From NCBI GenBank assembly GCA_964551375.1, contig CAZKBG010000001.1:360001-392000 (forward strand): a stretch of 32,000 nt of DNA, in the 5' to 3' direction. The notes beneath the pieces were generated by a model. It searched no databases, was not told the origin of the DNA, and worked only from the letters and a program-made list of their open reading frames with translations. The DNA comes from an uncultured archaeon (GTDB lineage: Archaea; Iainarchaeota; Iainarchaeia; Iainarchaeales; JAAZKV01). Made by a program: the position numbers and the translations under genes. Of the stretch, positions 10,197-19,059 are shown piece by piece. The first letter of the stretch is position 1; every line of letters starts with the position of its first letter.

Positions 10197-10802
10197 CTAC
10201 CAAGGACAATAAGCAATCCCGCAGGCAAAACTAATTATAGATTTTAATGAGAAGAAAAACAAAGCAATAATACTGTATAAAATAAAGCTCATAATGGCAA
10301 GCTCCCTTTCCTTAATTTTTGTAATCCCAAAAACAAGGATTGTGCCAAGATTGTTTGGAAGAGGCGCAGCAATCAAAATCCCGGCAAGCGAGAAGGAAAG
10401 ATATGGAATAAAAAGTTTTCCCAATCGATGGCTTAGCGCTCTATCCATCTTTTTCATATATCGATGCCCTTCAACCACTTTTAACTTCACGTGCAGCACC
10501 GACTTAATGAATCTAAAAATAAACAAATCAACAATCATCGCCCCAAGCCCCGCGCATATAGAAGCTACAAAAACATTTGAAGGAGCGGCGGTGATAAAAT
10601 ACCCCGCTGCAAACGGAGACAACAAGCCTAAGGAGAACAGCATCCCGCTAAGAAATGAGAAAAAATAATTCAACTGCCCAAGGCTTGCAATAAAATCAAC
10701 AAGTCCCTGATTCCAAAAAACAATGGTTGCAATAAAAATAAATGAAACCCACAAATAGAGCTTTGGGTACTTTAAATGAAACAAAACTTTGTCAGCGTTC
10801 AT
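10197..10802 (-). CDS. Polytopic membrane protein, small multidrug-export/VTT-like (tentative); paralog of the next ORF
   Basis: Hydrophobic; shares FAAGYF, IC-GLGAMIVDLFIFR, AG-LIA-PLP...TKIKE-E with 10868..11503. Confidence 0.65.
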   Translation of the reverse strand: MNADKVLFHLKYPKLYLWVSFIFIATIVFWNQGLVDFIASLGQLNYFFSFLSGMLFSLGLLSPFAAGYFITAAPSNVFVASICAGLGAMIVDLFIFRFIKSVLHVKLKVVEGHRYMKKMDRALSHRLGKLFIPYLSFSLAGILIAAPLPNNLGTILVFGITKIKERELAIMSFILYSIIALFFFSLKSIISFACGIAYCPW

Positions 10803-10867
10803 TAATTAAATACAAATCCAAAGTTTAAAATCCTGCCGATGAAACAGGAAACTCGATAAAATACTTC

Positions 10868-11503
10868 TCAAAGCATTAACAAAATTAAAATCCCAATTGT
10901 ATTGAATACAAAACTAATTACGCCTATTTCCCACTCCTTGATTTTTGTAACGCCCGCAAGGATAGTAATCCCCGCTTCATCAGGAAGAGGGGAGGCAATC
11001 AAAAATCCAGCAAAAGCAAGCGCAAGATAGCTTTTAATTTTCTTTCCGATTGTGTGATTGATTAAAGAGGAAAACTCTTTAAACAAATTTTCTCTTTTCA
11101 GCCGGTTAAACTCGTCAGCAAATGAAAACCTAATCACCCTAAAAATCAATAAATCGCTTATCAATGCTCCTGCCCCGCCTATAATAGCGGTTGTAAAAAT
11201 ATTTGCGGGCGCAAGGTTTAGAAAAAATCCTATCGCAAAAGGAGTGGTGAAACCAAACGAAAACAATAACCCTCCGAAAAATGCGCCAAGATAGCTGAAT
11301 TCCCCAAGACTGCTTACAAACAAATCAACCTGTGGAATGCTGAAAATAAAATATGCCGCAATTAACAGCAGTACAAAAAGCGAAAGCTTCCTGTATTTAA
11401 ATCTTGTAAGAATATTCTTCTTGAAAAAATGGCTGAATTTCTTTGCCTTGGCTGAGTAATTAATATTTTTATTACTTAACGGCATATGGGTAATTATGCA
11501 CAA
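10868..11503 (-). CDS. Polytopic membrane protein, small multidrug-export/VTT-like (tentative); paralog of the previous ORF
   Basis: Hydrophobic; GGAGALISDLLIFRVIRF and FAGFLIASPLPDEAGITILAGVTKIKEWEI aligned by eye with 10197..10802. Confidence 0.65.
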   Translation of the reverse strand: MCIITHMPLSNKNINYSAKAKKFSHFFKKNILTRFKYRKLSLFVLLLIAAYFIFSIPQVDLFVSSLGEFSYLGAFFGGLLFSFGFTTPFAIGFFLNLAPANIFTTAIIGGAGALISDLLIFRVIRFSFADEFNRLKRENLFKEFSSLINHTIGKKIKSYLALAFAGFLIASPLPDEAGITILAGVTKIKEWEIGVISFVFNTIGILILLML

Positions 11504-11582
11504 AGCCTTATATAAATTAAAGCATTAATCACCGGCAAAACGCCATCAAATTGGTTTAAAACAGCCAAATCAAAATGAATTC

Positions 11583-12911
11583 ATGCTGCTCCAAAAACTT
11601 CAAAAACTCGGCATGGCTGCTTCATTTGATTCATGCGGAGGAACAAAAGAAAAGAGCTATCGCGAATATGGAATACCACAAGAGTATCAAAACTTCATAT
11701 ACAACTGCACCCAGACAAGCGAAAATACTTTTGCAGGACAAATCAAGAATGCAAGATATCGGCACAGAGCAGACCCACAAAAAAATCTTTATGAAAAATC
11801 AACTATTAGCAGGGATGAAAAAGAAGAACTGAAAAAACAAATGCCTGCAGGAATGCAAAACAGGCTTGGAAAATGCCTCTTAATGAAAGTATTGGCTGAT
11901 AATACCTGCGTGCATGACTGCAAGTACTGTGTTAATACAACCTGCAAAGAGAAATTGTCCCTTGAGCCAAAAGAACTTGCCGACTCCTTTATTTATCTTC
12001 ACAACAAAGGATTTGTCACAGGATTATTTTTGAGCAGCGCGGTCCACAAAAGCCCGCAAGAAAGCACTGAAAGAATGATTAACGGGGCAAAAATGATAAG
12101 AGAACGAGGATACACAGGATACATACACGCAAAGGTGCTTCCTGAAACCCCTGATTATTTAATTCGCGAACTGGCTCTTTATTCAAATAGACTTTCAGTA
12201 AATTTAGAAAGCGCGACAACTCAAGGAATGGAAGAACTCACTACAACAAAAAGCTACCAAAGCGGAATACTAAAAAAATTAAGAACTCTTGACTCAATCC
12301 AGCGCGAAAGCAACAGAGAAAATCCAAAAACATTCGGATGGTTCTGCGACTCTGAAGGAATAAATAACGGAGAAGACTTAAGACTAAAATCATTCACCAC
12401 CCAAATAATTGTCGGAGCAAATGAAGAAAACGACCTTGATATTCTAAACAGAATGGACTCGCTTTATGAAGAGACCTCCTTGTACCGAACATACTTTTCA
12501 GCATTCACCCCTGTTGAAGGCACGTGCTTATCCAAAAAAACTCCTGAAAATAAAACACGCGAGCACAGATTGTATGAAACTGACTGGCTTATGAGAATAT
12601 ATGGATTTGACAAAAAGCTAATCACTTCAGGACTTAACGAGAATAATTTTCTCCCAACAGCGCAGGACGTAAAGCAATCAATTGCAATAGCAAATAAACA
12701 TCTCTTCCCGCTTGACTTAAACTCTTCCACTCGCGAAGAACTCATGCTTGTCCCAGGATTTGGGCCAAAAACAGCTGACAAGATAATTCAAGTCCGCGAG
12801 GAAAAGAAAATAAAAGAATTAAGCGATTTAATGGATTTTGGCATTCGAGTTGGGAAAGCAAAAACTTACTTAAATATTGAAGGAAAACAAACAAATCTAT
12901 ACAGCTACTGA
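11583..12911 (+). CDS. Radical SAM protein, putative DNA modification/repair family with C-terminal helix-hairpin-helix
   Basis: CVHDCKYC radical SAM cluster motif (CxxxCxxC); C-terminal LPLDLNSSTREELMLVPGFGPKTADKIIQVR HhH motif. Confidence 0.85.
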   Translation: MLLQKLQKLGMAASFDSCGGTKEKSYREYGIPQEYQNFIYNCTQTSENTFAGQIKNARYRHRADPQKNLYEKSTISRDEKEELKKQMPAGMQNRLGKCLLMKVLADNTCVHDCKYCVNTTCKEKLSLEPKELADSFIYLHNKGFVTGLFLSSAVHKSPQESTERMINGAKMIRERGYTGYIHAKVLPETPDYLIRELALYSNRLSVNLESATTQGMEELTTTKSYQSGILKKLRTLDSIQRESNRENPKTFGWFCDSEGINNGEDLRLKSFTTQIIVGANEENDLDILNRMDSLYEETSLYRTYFSAFTPVEGTCLSKKTPENKTREHRLYETDWLMRIYGFDKKLITSGLNENNFLPTAQDVKQSIAIANKHLFPLDLNSSTREELMLVPGFGPKTADKIIQVREEKKIKELSDLMDFGIRVGKAKTYLNIEGKQTNLYSY

Positions 12912-12915
12912 TTGG

Positions 12916-12923
12916 TATAAAAG
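12916..12923 (+). promoter_or_regulatory. Archaeal TATA-box-like element
   Basis: TATAAAAG just downstream of the radical SAM stop, about 25 nt before an ORF-free structured region. Confidence 0.4.
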
Positions 12924-12942
12924 AGAAAACGAAGTGAGGGTA

Positions 12943-13060
12943 ATTCCAAGCAAAATCTCGCCAAAAGCAAACCTTGCCGCAGGAGGCGGGTTGAGATGAA
13001 TGGTAAACGAGCTTTAAACCATGCTTAAACTAGGATAAACGCAAATCTAAGCGGTTGTGA
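12943..13060 (+). ncRNA. Candidate structured non-coding RNA (family unknown)
   Basis: No ORF in the supplied track; consecutive potential hairpins: CTCGCC 12957-12962 with GGCGGG 12985-12990; ATGGTAAA 13000-13007 with TTTaaACCAT 13013-13022; GCTTA 13023-13027 with TAAGC 13048-13052. Confidence 0.35.
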
Positions 13061-13093
13061 ACTAATTTTCAAAAAAATCCACTAATGGCAATC

Positions 13094-13101
13094 TTTAAAT
13101 A
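13094..13101 (+). promoter_or_regulatory. Archaeal TATA-box-like element
   Basis: TTTAAATA followed about 40 nt later by a foldable region and about 240 nt later by the DHH gene. Confidence 0.4.
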
Positions 13102-13139
13102 GGGTAATGACAGAATATACTTGTTTTAGAATGAAAAAA

Positions 13140-13179
13140 GCTTAGGTAGCTGGACAAGTTCCAAGCAATAAGACCAAGC
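13140..13179 (+). ncRNA. Compact bulged stem-loop, candidate sRNA or 5' UTR element
   Basis: Outer stem GCTTaGGT (13140-13147) with ACCAAGC (13173-13179); inner stem GCTGGA (13149-13154) with TCCAaGC (13160-13166). Confidence 0.35.
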
Positions 13180-13336
13180 GTTAGACTAATTTGACAAAAA
13201 ATAGTCGAAAAATAATTCAAAAACTAAAAAGAAAAAAGCCGTCTTTAAGGCATAAATGCAAAATTGCAAAAAAATATACAAATAATGTCAAATATTACGG
13301 ATTTTTCTTTACACACAAAAAATATGAGATGATAAA

Positions 13337-14974
13337 ATGAATAATAACAAAGAATTTAACGAAAAAACAAATTATGAAAAAAAAGAATTTAAACCGCACA
13401 ACGGCGGAAGAGAAAGAAGAGAATTTAGCGATAGACGCGGTCCTCCACGAAGAGAAGGAAACTTTAGAGACTCACGCGGAGCTCAAGTTCACTCATTCTT
13501 AGGCGCAAAAAGCGGAGACTACTTTGTAGGAACTGTAAAAATTGTAAGAAAAGCAAAGCCAGGGCCGGTAGTGTTCTCAGTAAGCGACGGATACATGCAA
13601 ATGGACGCAGTAGTAATTGACTCTGCATACGAAACAAACGATGTTGTTGAACTAACCGGAAAGGTTAACGAAAGAGCAGGAAAAATGCAAATCGAAATAG
13701 ACAACATGAAAAAAGTAAACTTTGACTTTGACAAAATCCTAACAGAAAAATCAAAGCCAATTGAAAGGCCATTTTCAATAAAATCCGACAGAATGAACAA
13801 AATGAGACCTCGAATGCTCCAAATCGCACACCGAATTCGAAAAGCTGTTCTTGACGGCGAAGCAATAATAATCCGCCACCACGCGGACACTGATGGAATA
13901 TCATCAGGAATGGCAATACAGCACGCTGTAAGAAAAATGATGGACAAAGTTGGAGTAAACCACTCATACAACTTATACAGAAGCCCAAGCAAGGCGCCGT
14001 TTTATGAAACAACAGACATGCTTCATGATATAACTCTTGCAAAGAGAATGGTGAATGACTTCGGACAAAAAAAGCCAATCATAATTATAATTGATAACGG
14101 CTCCACTCCAGAAGACGCATTCGCGCACAAAACACTTCACTCACTTGGATATGAAGTAATCGTAATCGACCACCACAATCCAGTAATAATGAACAAAGAC
14201 GGAACAACATCAGTGTGCAAATACTTGTCACTGCATTTAAATCCGTACATGTTCGGACTTGATGGCAAAACATGCGCAGGAATGCTTGCATACGAAATTG
14301 GAAGAATGATTAATGAAGAATATGACGAGCCATTAATCCCGGCAGTATCAGGAATCTCGGACAGATGCGATATACCTGAAACACAGGAATATATAAAAAA
14401 CACTGGAAAAACTGTTGCAGAACTAACTGATATAGGAATAGCAATTGATTTTGCATCCTATAACTTAAAGTTCGCAAGCGGAGAAGGACTTTACGAAGAA
14501 TTGTTCTCTAACCCAGTAATGGTTGAAACAATGAAACATGAAGTTACAAAAGGAATGGAAACACAAATGCAAAGCACACTTCCTTATGTAAAGACACAGG
14601 AAATCAATAATGTGATATTTTCTCACATAGATCTTGAGAAATACACATTGAGATTCAAGTACCCGACTCCTGGAAAAGTAATTGGAATGATTCATGACAC
14701 AATTGCTGAAGGAAAAGACCAGCACGCAGTGTTTAGTATCGGATACGTATCCGACATGATAATCATAAGAGCAACAAAACCAGTGCTCCCAGTAGCGACA
14801 GTAATTGCTCACTTGAGAAAAACAATGCCAAAAGCAAGCGTTGATGGCGGAGGACACGAATGCGCAGGAACAATCAAATTTGTAAGCGCGCACTTAAATG
14901 ATGTAATAGAAAACATCAAAGAACAGATAAAAAATCTGCCACCATACGACCCTGAAACGTTTGAAAAGAAGTAA
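13337..14974 (+). CDS. DHH-family phosphoesterase (archaeal RecJ-like) with N-terminal OB-like region
   Basis: RHHADTDGISSG, IIDNGST, VIDHHNP and C-terminal ASVDGGGHECAGTIKF (DHHA1 GGGH). Confidence 0.9.
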   Translation: MNNNKEFNEKTNYEKKEFKPHNGGRERREFSDRRGPPRREGNFRDSRGAQVHSFLGAKSGDYFVGTVKIVRKAKPGPVVFSVSDGYMQMDAVVIDSAYETNDVVELTGKVNERAGKMQIEIDNMKKVNFDFDKILTEKSKPIERPFSIKSDRMNKMRPRMLQIAHRIRKAVLDGEAIIIRHHADTDGISSGMAIQHAVRKMMDKVGVNHSYNLYRSPSKAPFYETTDMLHDITLAKRMVNDFGQKKPIIIIIDNGSTPEDAFAHKTLHSLGYEVIVIDHHNPVIMNKDGTTSVCKYLSLHLNPYMFGLDGKTCAGMLAYEIGRMINEEYDEPLIPAVSGISDRCDIPETQEYIKNTGKTVAELTDIGIAIDFASYNLKFASGEGLYEELFSNPVMVETMKHEVTKGMETQMQSTLPYVKTQEINNVIFSHIDLEKYTLRFKYPTPGKVIGMIHDTIAEGKDQHAVFSIGYVSDMIIIRATKPVLPVATVIAHLRKTMPKASVDGGGHECAGTIKFVSAHLNDVIENIKEQIKNLPPYDPETFEKK

Positions 14975-15044
14975 ATAAATATTTTGTGAAGGAAAAAAGC
15001 CTTCACAATTTAACTATTTTAAAAGAATTAAGATTAGACTTAAC

Positions 15045-15242
15045 TTATTCTTCGCCAATCTTTGGCTTCTTCATGCCGTCGGTTTTTGGACAAGTTCGGC
15101 ACATAGAGTTCATTAAACTTGGCTCTTCTGGACAATCAGGATAAAGTCCTTTACACTTAGGGAATTCCCCCGCTCCGACTATTTCAGCCTCATTATTTGA
15201 CTTAAACTTCTGTTTAGAATAATAATTCAAGCTTCCGCCCAT
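15045..15242 (-). CDS. Small protein with paired Cys residues, unknown function
   Basis: MGGSLNYYSKQKFKSNNEAEIVGAGEFPKCKGLYPDCPEEPSLMNSMCRTCPKTDGMKKPKIGEE; ATG at 15242 is more likely than the TTG at 15254. Confidence 0.55.
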   Translation of the reverse strand: MGGSLNYYSKQKFKSNNEAEIVGAGEFPKCKGLYPDCPEEPSLMNSMCRTCPKTDGMKKPKIGEE

Positions 15243-15324
15243 AACATCACACAATACTTAGCCAATAACGGCTATAACAACCTTTCTAACACTGCCAATA
15301 ATTAAAAACAAAACGCTACGATAA

Positions 15325-15567
15325 ATGAGTATGGCTTTTAGCGAAATGCTTTGGATGACAAAAACCAAAATCTTCATCCTAATAATAATACTAATCCTTT
15401 GCGCGCCCTTCTACTACGGATACGGATGCATAAACGGGGTGTGTGCCATTGCAGAAGCCTGCAACTGCGGATTCCAGCCAGCAAACTTCTTCACAGTATT
15501 CATAATATCCTTTATCTTGGCAGGGTTTATTGGAGAAGTAGTGCAAATGTTTACTAAGAAAAAATAA
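15325..15567 (+). CDS. Small two-TM membrane protein with Cys-rich inter-helix loop
   Basis: IFILIIILILCAPFYYGYGCINGVCAIAEACNCGFQPANFFTVFIISFILAGFIG. Confidence 0.55.
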   Translation: MSMAFSEMLWMTKTKIFILIIILILCAPFYYGYGCINGVCAIAEACNCGFQPANFFTVFIISFILAGFIGEVVQMFTKKK

Positions 15568-15583
15568 AAGTAAAAGTTCCTTT

Positions 15584-17542
15584 TTAATTTTTAGTACTCT
15601 TATCCCCAACTTCCCTTTTCATATTAGCAATCTGGTCTCTTAGGGCGATTGCCATTTCAAAGTCAAGTCTTTCTGCTGCGGCGCGCATTTCAACTTCAAG
15701 CTGAGGGATGAGGCGCTCTTTCTCGCTCTTTGGAATGTGCTTTGTGTCTTTGAGGATTAGCATCTGCTCTTCAAGAGGGCGGATGATTGTCTTTGGGGTG
15801 ATTTTGTGCTTCTTGTTGAATGCAAGCTGGATGTCTCTTCTTCTGTTAGTTTCAGCAATTGCGTTCTTCATGGAAGCGGTTGATTTGTCAGCGTAGAGAA
15901 TTACTTTAGAAGCTGAGTTACGAGCAGCTCTTCCAATAATTTGGATTAAGGACTTTTGGTCGCGTAGGAAACCTTCTTTATCAGCGTCAAAAATAGCAAC
16001 TAAACCAAGTTCAGGAATATCAATTCCTTCTCTTAGTAGGTTAATTCCCACAAGAACATCAAACTTCCCTTCTCTTAACTGGCGGATGATTTCGCTTCTG
16101 TCAAGAGTTTTGATTTCAGAGTGAAGATACCTTGCTTTAATATTCTGCGAAGCAAAGTACTCAGCCATTTCTTCAGCAAGTTTTTTTGTTAAAGCTGTGA
16201 TAAGAACTCTGTGCCCTTTTGACAAAACTTCTTTGATTTCTTTAATAACATCATTAATCTGATCCTTTGTTCCTCTGATTTCAACTTCAGGGTCAACAAG
16301 TCCTGTTGGGCGGATGATTTGCTCAACTATATTCTTTGAATGAGCTCTTTCATACTTATCAGGAGTTGCTGAAACAAAAATAACATTCTGCTTTTTCATA
16401 TACTCTTCAAATTCATTAAACTTCAACGGGCGATTATCAAGCGCGCTTGGAAGTCTAAAGCCGTAATCTACTAAAGTTTGTTTTCTCTGCCTGTCTCCGT
16501 TGTACATTCCATTAAGCTGAGGGATTGACTGGTGAGATTCATCAATTACAATCAAAAAGTCGTCTCCGAAATAATCAAGCAGACAATATGGCTTTTCGCC
16601 TTCATTTCTTCCTTCAAAATGCCTTGAATAGTTTTCTATTCCTTTGCAGAATCCAATTGATTTCATTAATTCCAAATCATACTTTGTTCTCTGCTTAAGG
16701 CGGTGCGCTTCAATCATTCCAAGCTTTGGAAGTCTTTCTTCAAGCTCTTTTTCAATTCGAGCCATTGCGCTAATTGTTTCACTTTCAGGAGTAACAAAAT
16801 GTCTTGCAGGGAACAAAAATAAGTGGTCAAGCTTTTGAACAGGATTTCCAGTATTCTTATCAAGCACTGTGATTCTTTCAACATTATCTCCGAAGAATTC
16901 AATTCTAACAATATTTTTATCATACCCTGGAATAATATCCACAGTATCCCCTTTTACTCTAAATCTTCCGCTCACTAGCTCCAAGTCATTTCTTTCATAC
17001 TGAGCGTCAAGGAGCTTTGACATTAAATCATGCCTTGAGAGTTTATCTCCTTTTGAAATATCAAAACCCATTCCCTTGTAATTCTTCGGATTACCCAAGC
17101 CATAAATGCAAGAAACACTTGCAATTACTATTACATCTTTTCTGCTCAATAGAGAAGTGGTTGCAGAAAGTCTCATTCTTTCAATATACTCATTTATCTG
17201 CGAATCCTTCTCAATGTACTGGTCGGTTTGAGGAATATAAGATTCAGGCTGGTAAAAATCATAAAATGAAACAAAGTACTCCACTCGGTTATTTGGAAAG
17301 AAAGCTTTGAATTCATTATACAATTGAGCGGCAAGCGTTTTGTTATGAGCAAGAACTAAAGTTGGTTTTTTTACTTTCTCAATTACATTAGCAATAGTAA
17401 AAGTTTTCCCGCTTCCTGTTACTCCTAAAAGAGTCTGCATTTTGTCCCCGTTTTTTATGCCGTCGGCTAACTCTTTAATCGCTTTTGGCTGGTCGCCGGC
17501 TGGAGCAAACTTTGAAACTACCTTAAACTCTTCAATAGGCAT
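15584..17542 (-). CDS. uvrB: Excinuclease ABC subunit B
   Basis: Walker A LGVTGSGKTFTIA, LVLAHNKTLAAQLYNEFKAFFPNNRVEYFVSFYDFYQPESYIP, LVGINLLREGIDIPE, C-terminal UVR motif. Confidence 0.98.
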   Translation of the reverse strand: MPIEEFKVVSKFAPAGDQPKAIKELADGIKNGDKMQTLLGVTGSGKTFTIANVIEKVKKPTLVLAHNKTLAAQLYNEFKAFFPNNRVEYFVSFYDFYQPESYIPQTDQYIEKDSQINEYIERMRLSATTSLLSRKDVIVIASVSCIYGLGNPKNYKGMGFDISKGDKLSRHDLMSKLLDAQYERNDLELVSGRFRVKGDTVDIIPGYDKNIVRIEFFGDNVERITVLDKNTGNPVQKLDHLFLFPARHFVTPESETISAMARIEKELEERLPKLGMIEAHRLKQRTKYDLELMKSIGFCKGIENYSRHFEGRNEGEKPYCLLDYFGDDFLIVIDESHQSIPQLNGMYNGDRQRKQTLVDYGFRLPSALDNRPLKFNEFEEYMKKQNVIFVSATPDKYERAHSKNIVEQIIRPTGLVDPEVEIRGTKDQINDVIKEIKEVLSKGHRVLITALTKKLAEEMAEYFASQNIKARYLHSEIKTLDRSEIIRQLREGKFDVLVGINLLREGIDIPELGLVAIFDADKEGFLRDQKSLIQIIGRAARNSASKVILYADKSTASMKNAIAETNRRRDIQLAFNKKHKITPKTIIRPLEEQMLILKDTKHIPKSEKERLIPQLEVEMRAAAERLDFEMAIALRDQIANMKREVGDKSTKN

Positions 17543-17602
17543 AAGTAAAACCCTGATAAGCAGATTTTTTAATTGTTCTAAAGAGGGCTGTCGGACTTAT
17601 GA

Positions 17603-17878
17603 TTAAAGCCCGTATGAGTCAAAGAACTTTCTAATAGTCTGATAATCCTTCAAAAAGTCATGTCCTTTTTCAGTGATGGAATAAGTCCTCTTTCCTCTTT
17701 TATCAAACTTTTCAACAACAAAACCTTTCCCCATCATTTCATTTAAATAATCAGTAAGCATCTGGTGGGATAAATTGGCTTTGTACATTATGTGAGTCGG
17801 ACCGGCTTCCCCCTCTTTTCCCCTGATAAGCAAAAGTATTTCATGAATAATACCGACTTTGTCCCTTTTTGGATTCAT
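17603..17878 (-). CDS. Archaeal winged-helix DNA-binding protein
   Basis: GIIHEILLLIRGKEGEAGPTHIMYKANLSHQMLTDYLNEMMGKGFV...YSITEKGHDFLKDY. Confidence 0.8.
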   Translation of the reverse strand: MNPKRDKVGIIHEILLLIRGKEGEAGPTHIMYKANLSHQMLTDYLNEMMGKGFVVEKFDKRGKRTYSITEKGHDFLKDYQTIRKFFDSYGL

Positions 17879-18558
17879 TTCTTCAGCACCATGTAAAAAT
17901 TAATCAGCATCAAAATATACGCGATGAGTGAGAGCATGTGCCCAAGAACATAAAGCGCGGGCTCCTGAACCGCCAGAACAAACTGAATTCCGCCAAAAGC
18001 CAAAAAAACAAACGCCACAGCGATAATCTTGCTCAAGCGCCTTTTCTTATACAGATAATTTTTTACAAAATGCCATGCAACAAAAATAAAACAAATCGTT
18101 GCAATGAAGTAAAATACAAAGAAAGGATTTTGAACAAAAAGCAGAGGAACTACCGCAAGCAAAAGCATTACCGCAAGAAGCGATCTTCTGCTCACTTCAA
18201 AAGTCATGTAAAGAAGAATAATTAATCCCACCAGCATGAAAAACATCTGACCGTAAGCGCCTATCGCCTGAAGAGTGAGCGCAAAAGAAAATTCGTTTAA
18301 AGTAAGAAAAGGCTTGACGCCTATTTTTGATAAAAGAAAAAAGTTAAACACAGATTGGAAAAAATATGAAAGTGAGATAAACAAAAACCCCGCCCCAAGA
18401 AGCCCGGTTGAGCGCTGAAGAGTTAATTTGTAAAACCTAAGCGCAAACACCGCGAGGACAAAAACTATTACTGCAAATATTAATTCTAATATAATATCAT
18501 ACCCAAAAAACCAAGGGGCTTGAACTGTGACGAATTCCATAACATACGCCAGTTCCAA
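17875..18558 (-). CDS. Multi-pass membrane protein (about 7 TM), translationally coupled to the winged-helix gene
   Basis: Strongly hydrophobic 227-aa ORF; its end overlaps the downstream start by 4 nt. Confidence 0.75.
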   Translation of the reverse strand: MELAYVMEFVTVQAPWFFGYDIILELIFAVIVFVLAVFALRFYKLTLQRSTGLLGAGFLFISLSYFFQSVFNFFLLSKIGVKPFLTLNEFSFALTLQAIGAYGQMFFMLVGLIILLYMTFEVSRRSLLAVMLLLAVVPLLFVQNPFFVFYFIATICFIFVAWHFVKNYLYKKRRLSKIIAVAFVFLAFGGIQFVLAVQEPALYVLGHMLSLIAYILMLINFYMVLKK

Positions 18559-18690
18559 CAGTATTTAAACTTTCTGGAAGTCGCCTCTAGAACTCCAGTA
18601 TTGATTGAAATTTCACAAAGTATATAAACAAAAATTGGACAAGTAATGAAGAAAGAAAGTTTTGGAGGTAATTATCCGGGAGGAGTTAAA

Positions 18691-18837
18691 ATGAAAAAAA
18701 TCCAGACAAGAGAGAAAGAAATGTATCTAAAGCAAGTGAGGGTTGAATACTGGGAGAAATTCGGCGCTCTGCCAACAATTAGCGAGCTCACCAAAAGCGC
18801 TTGGAATTACTGCAACCCGAAAAATAGAGTTTGCTGA
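18691..18837 (+). CDS. Small basic protein of 48 aa, unknown function
   Basis: ATG at 18691 preceded by GGGAGGAG (18678-18685); product MKKIQTREKEMYLKQVRVEYWEKFGALPTISELTKSAWNYCNPKNRVC. In-frame upstream ATG at 18646 lies about 25 nt from TATATAAA and could be a leaderless start. Confidence 0.5.
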   Translation: MKKIQTREKEMYLKQVRVEYWEKFGALPTISELTKSAWNYCNPKNRVC

Positions 18838-18924
18838 TGATGCCCGAAGAAAGTTAGAGAGTCAAAGTAAGAATTTTTAGATGAAGACAAGAAGAGAGAA
18901 AATGTTTTTGGAAGGTGTGAAGAT

Positions 18925-19011
18925 ATGAAAAAGAGAGAAATAATGGAAAAAGTGTTCAGCGAGTACATAAGACAGACGAAACTTGCCTCAATGTATTCGA
19001 CGCAGCGGTAA
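18925..19011 (+). CDS. Possible 28-aa microprotein
   Basis: GGAAGGTG about 7 nt upstream of ATG; MKKREIMEKVFSEYIRQTKLASMYSTQR. Below the ORF track length limit. Confidence 0.2.
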   Translation: MKKREIMEKVFSEYIRQTKLASMYSTQR

Positions 19012-19059
19012 TTAATGAAACAAATTATGCTTTCCGGTAAGTCATTTTTGAAAATGGCG

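Noticed and set aside
11575-11832. 85-aa ORF overlapping the start of the radical SAM gene
   Set aside because: Out of frame with the motif-bearing CDS and without independent support.
12943-13336. Possible RNase P RNA or SRP RNA
   Set aside because: Only short fragments resemble conserved regions; no convincing GAGGAAAGUCC/ACCCGG-type pairing or SRP helix 8 motif was found, so it is left as an unassigned candidate RNA.
13519-14893. Minus-strand ORFs inside the DHH gene (13519-13992, 14465-14893 etc.)
   Set aside because: Antisense to a strongly supported CDS; low-complexity Ser/Phe-rich composition typical of shadow ORFs.
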